Source: Octopus vulgaris (lineage: Eukaryota). Taken from it: a stretch of DNA of 64,000 nt. Below the pieces are notes generated by a model. It was not told the DNA's origin, did no database searches, and saw nothing but the letters and a program-made list of their open reading frames with translations. Below, piece by piece: positions 62,616 through 64,000 of the stretch. The position numbers were made by a program, and so were the translations under genes. The stretch lies in NCBI GenBank assembly GCA_951406725.2, contig OX597833.1, positions 60,884,001 through 60,948,000 on the forward strand. The letters are read 5' to 3'. Each line of letters begins with the position of its first letter. Within the stretch, counting starts at the first letter, position 1.

Positions 62616-62915
62616 CACACATATATACGACAGGCTTTTTTCAGCTTCCGTCTACCAAATCCACTCACAAGGCTTTGGTTGGCCCGAGGCTATAGTATAT
62701 TTCTTGGCCCAAGGCTATAGTAGAAGACACTTGCCCAAGGTGCCACACAGTGTGACTGAACCTAGAACCATGTGGTTGGCCAGCAAGCTACCCACCACAC
62801 AGCCACCCCTGCGACTGGTGATGGGAAACAGCATCCCACTGTAGAAATTCTGCCTCCATGAATATCCTCTGACCCATTGAAAAGTGGACATTAGAACATT
62901 GATGATGATGATGAT
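62015..62915 (+). mobile_element. SINE family B2 split by an inverted family B SINE
   Basis: B2 head and body at 62015-62360; its RTE-like tail resumes at 62813 (gactggtgatgggaaacagcatccc...gatgatgat). Confidence 0.65.
62361..62812 (-). mobile_element. SINE family B, young, with a ~25-bp internal duplication
   Basis: Reverse complement of 54812-55207; ttggccc(g/a)aggctatagta is duplicated at ~62679 and ~62704. Confidence 0.87.
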
Positions 62916-63903
62916 TATTCGTGTTATAACACTACTGCTGTTTTCCCAGATCAATCCCGATGTTCCAACCATGCCCATCTCATCAGGTTTCATTTGTATT
63001 TTCATATAGTGTGCCTAAGCACTACTTTGCCTAATATGTCCTGCCATTCTTTTTTTGTTTTTTTAAAGACTATAGATTGTGATTTCAGGATGATTTTAAC
63101 TGCTATTTCTTGCAGGTTAGAGTGACAACATAATGCAGTCTTCATAATCCTTTCTCTCTCTCTAATCTCAGAATCTGTCCTTCAAAGCTCCCTGTGTATT
63201 GCCCACCCCACCATCACCACCACACTGTTATTGTCAGCTGGCTGCTTGTCACTTTCTTCCCCCTCCATATCAACCGTTTCCATCTGGTGTGGATGATGTG
63301 GTCTGCCTTCCCCTCCTCCTTGTTCATGTCATGCTGTGTGTGTGTGTGTGTGTGTGTGAGCATTATTTAGGAATGGCTGTTGTTGATACTAAACACACAA
63401 GCACACACACTTGTATGTTGGTGGGGGAGGGTGGAGTGATCATGTCCAAGACATTGCTCTCTCTCTCTCTCTCTGTGGGTGGGGGAGAGGTCTGGTAGTG
63501 GTGGTGTCAAGGTCCCCACCCTGTTCTACATTCTCTTCATTGCCAATATGTAACAGTTCCTTTTGGCTTGAAAAAAAATGTTATCAGGAGGTGGGGCAGT
63601 TGTCCCCCCCCCCCGGTCCCCACCTACCCCAACAGGGTATCTACAGAGTTTGTGGTGTATGTGTGAGGGAGTCGAACAAGTGTGAATGGCGGTGGGGGTG
63701 GGGGAGGATGTAGTTCAAATGTTAGTAACAGAGTGAAGACAGGTAGTGGTGCTGGTGTTTAACAGGGTGCCATTTCAGGTCTACAACATTAAAACTGTTA
63801 TAAGACGGGCCTCATTGATATGAAAAACAGAACACACGCTAGTCTTGATTTTTCTGGGTTAATTCCCCTCTACCCCAACTGAACAGGTATAGTTTAACAT
63901 TAA

Positions 63904-64000
63904 GGCGGCGAGCTGGCAGAAACGTTAGCATACCGGACAAAGTGCTTAGCGGTATTTCGTCTGCCGTTACGTTCTGAGTTCAAATTCCGGCAAGGTCGAC
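63904..64000 (+). mobile_element. SINE family A head (runs off the window)
   Basis: GGCGGCGAGCTGGCAGAAACGTTAGC...GAGTTCAAATTCC..GGTCGAC. Confidence 0.85.

Overview
AT-rich, repeat-dense eukaryotic non-coding DNA (intronic or intergenic). The repeat families strongly resemble those I recall from octopod cephalopods (Octopus); this is recalled pattern recognition, not a database hit. I find no intact host protein-coding gene, and nearly all supplied ORFs are microsatellite or repeat artefacts. The window contains: (i) several tRNA-headed SINE-like families that share heads and swap 3' tails, many with clear target-site duplications (TSDs); (ii) decayed RTE- and CR1-type LINE fragments; (iii) two dead Tc1/mariner transposons (DD34D mariner, DD37D maT-type); (iv) TTAA-flanked piggyBac-type MITEs, 8-bp-TSD hAT MITEs, one non-autonomous Helitron and one Helentron-type element; (v) a ~476-bp tandem element punctuated by (AAT)n; (vi) a large micro/minisatellite field with a CpG-retaining, SINE-poor domain at ~48-55 kb. 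The most interesting signal is three short (~170-200 bp) non-coding elements, each abutting a (TA)n tract, that carry type I hammerhead-ribozyme folds on the minus strand. Other notable structures are a four-level nested transposon stack and a local duplication whose two copies were hit by different transposons at almost the same base. Family labels A-H are my own working names.
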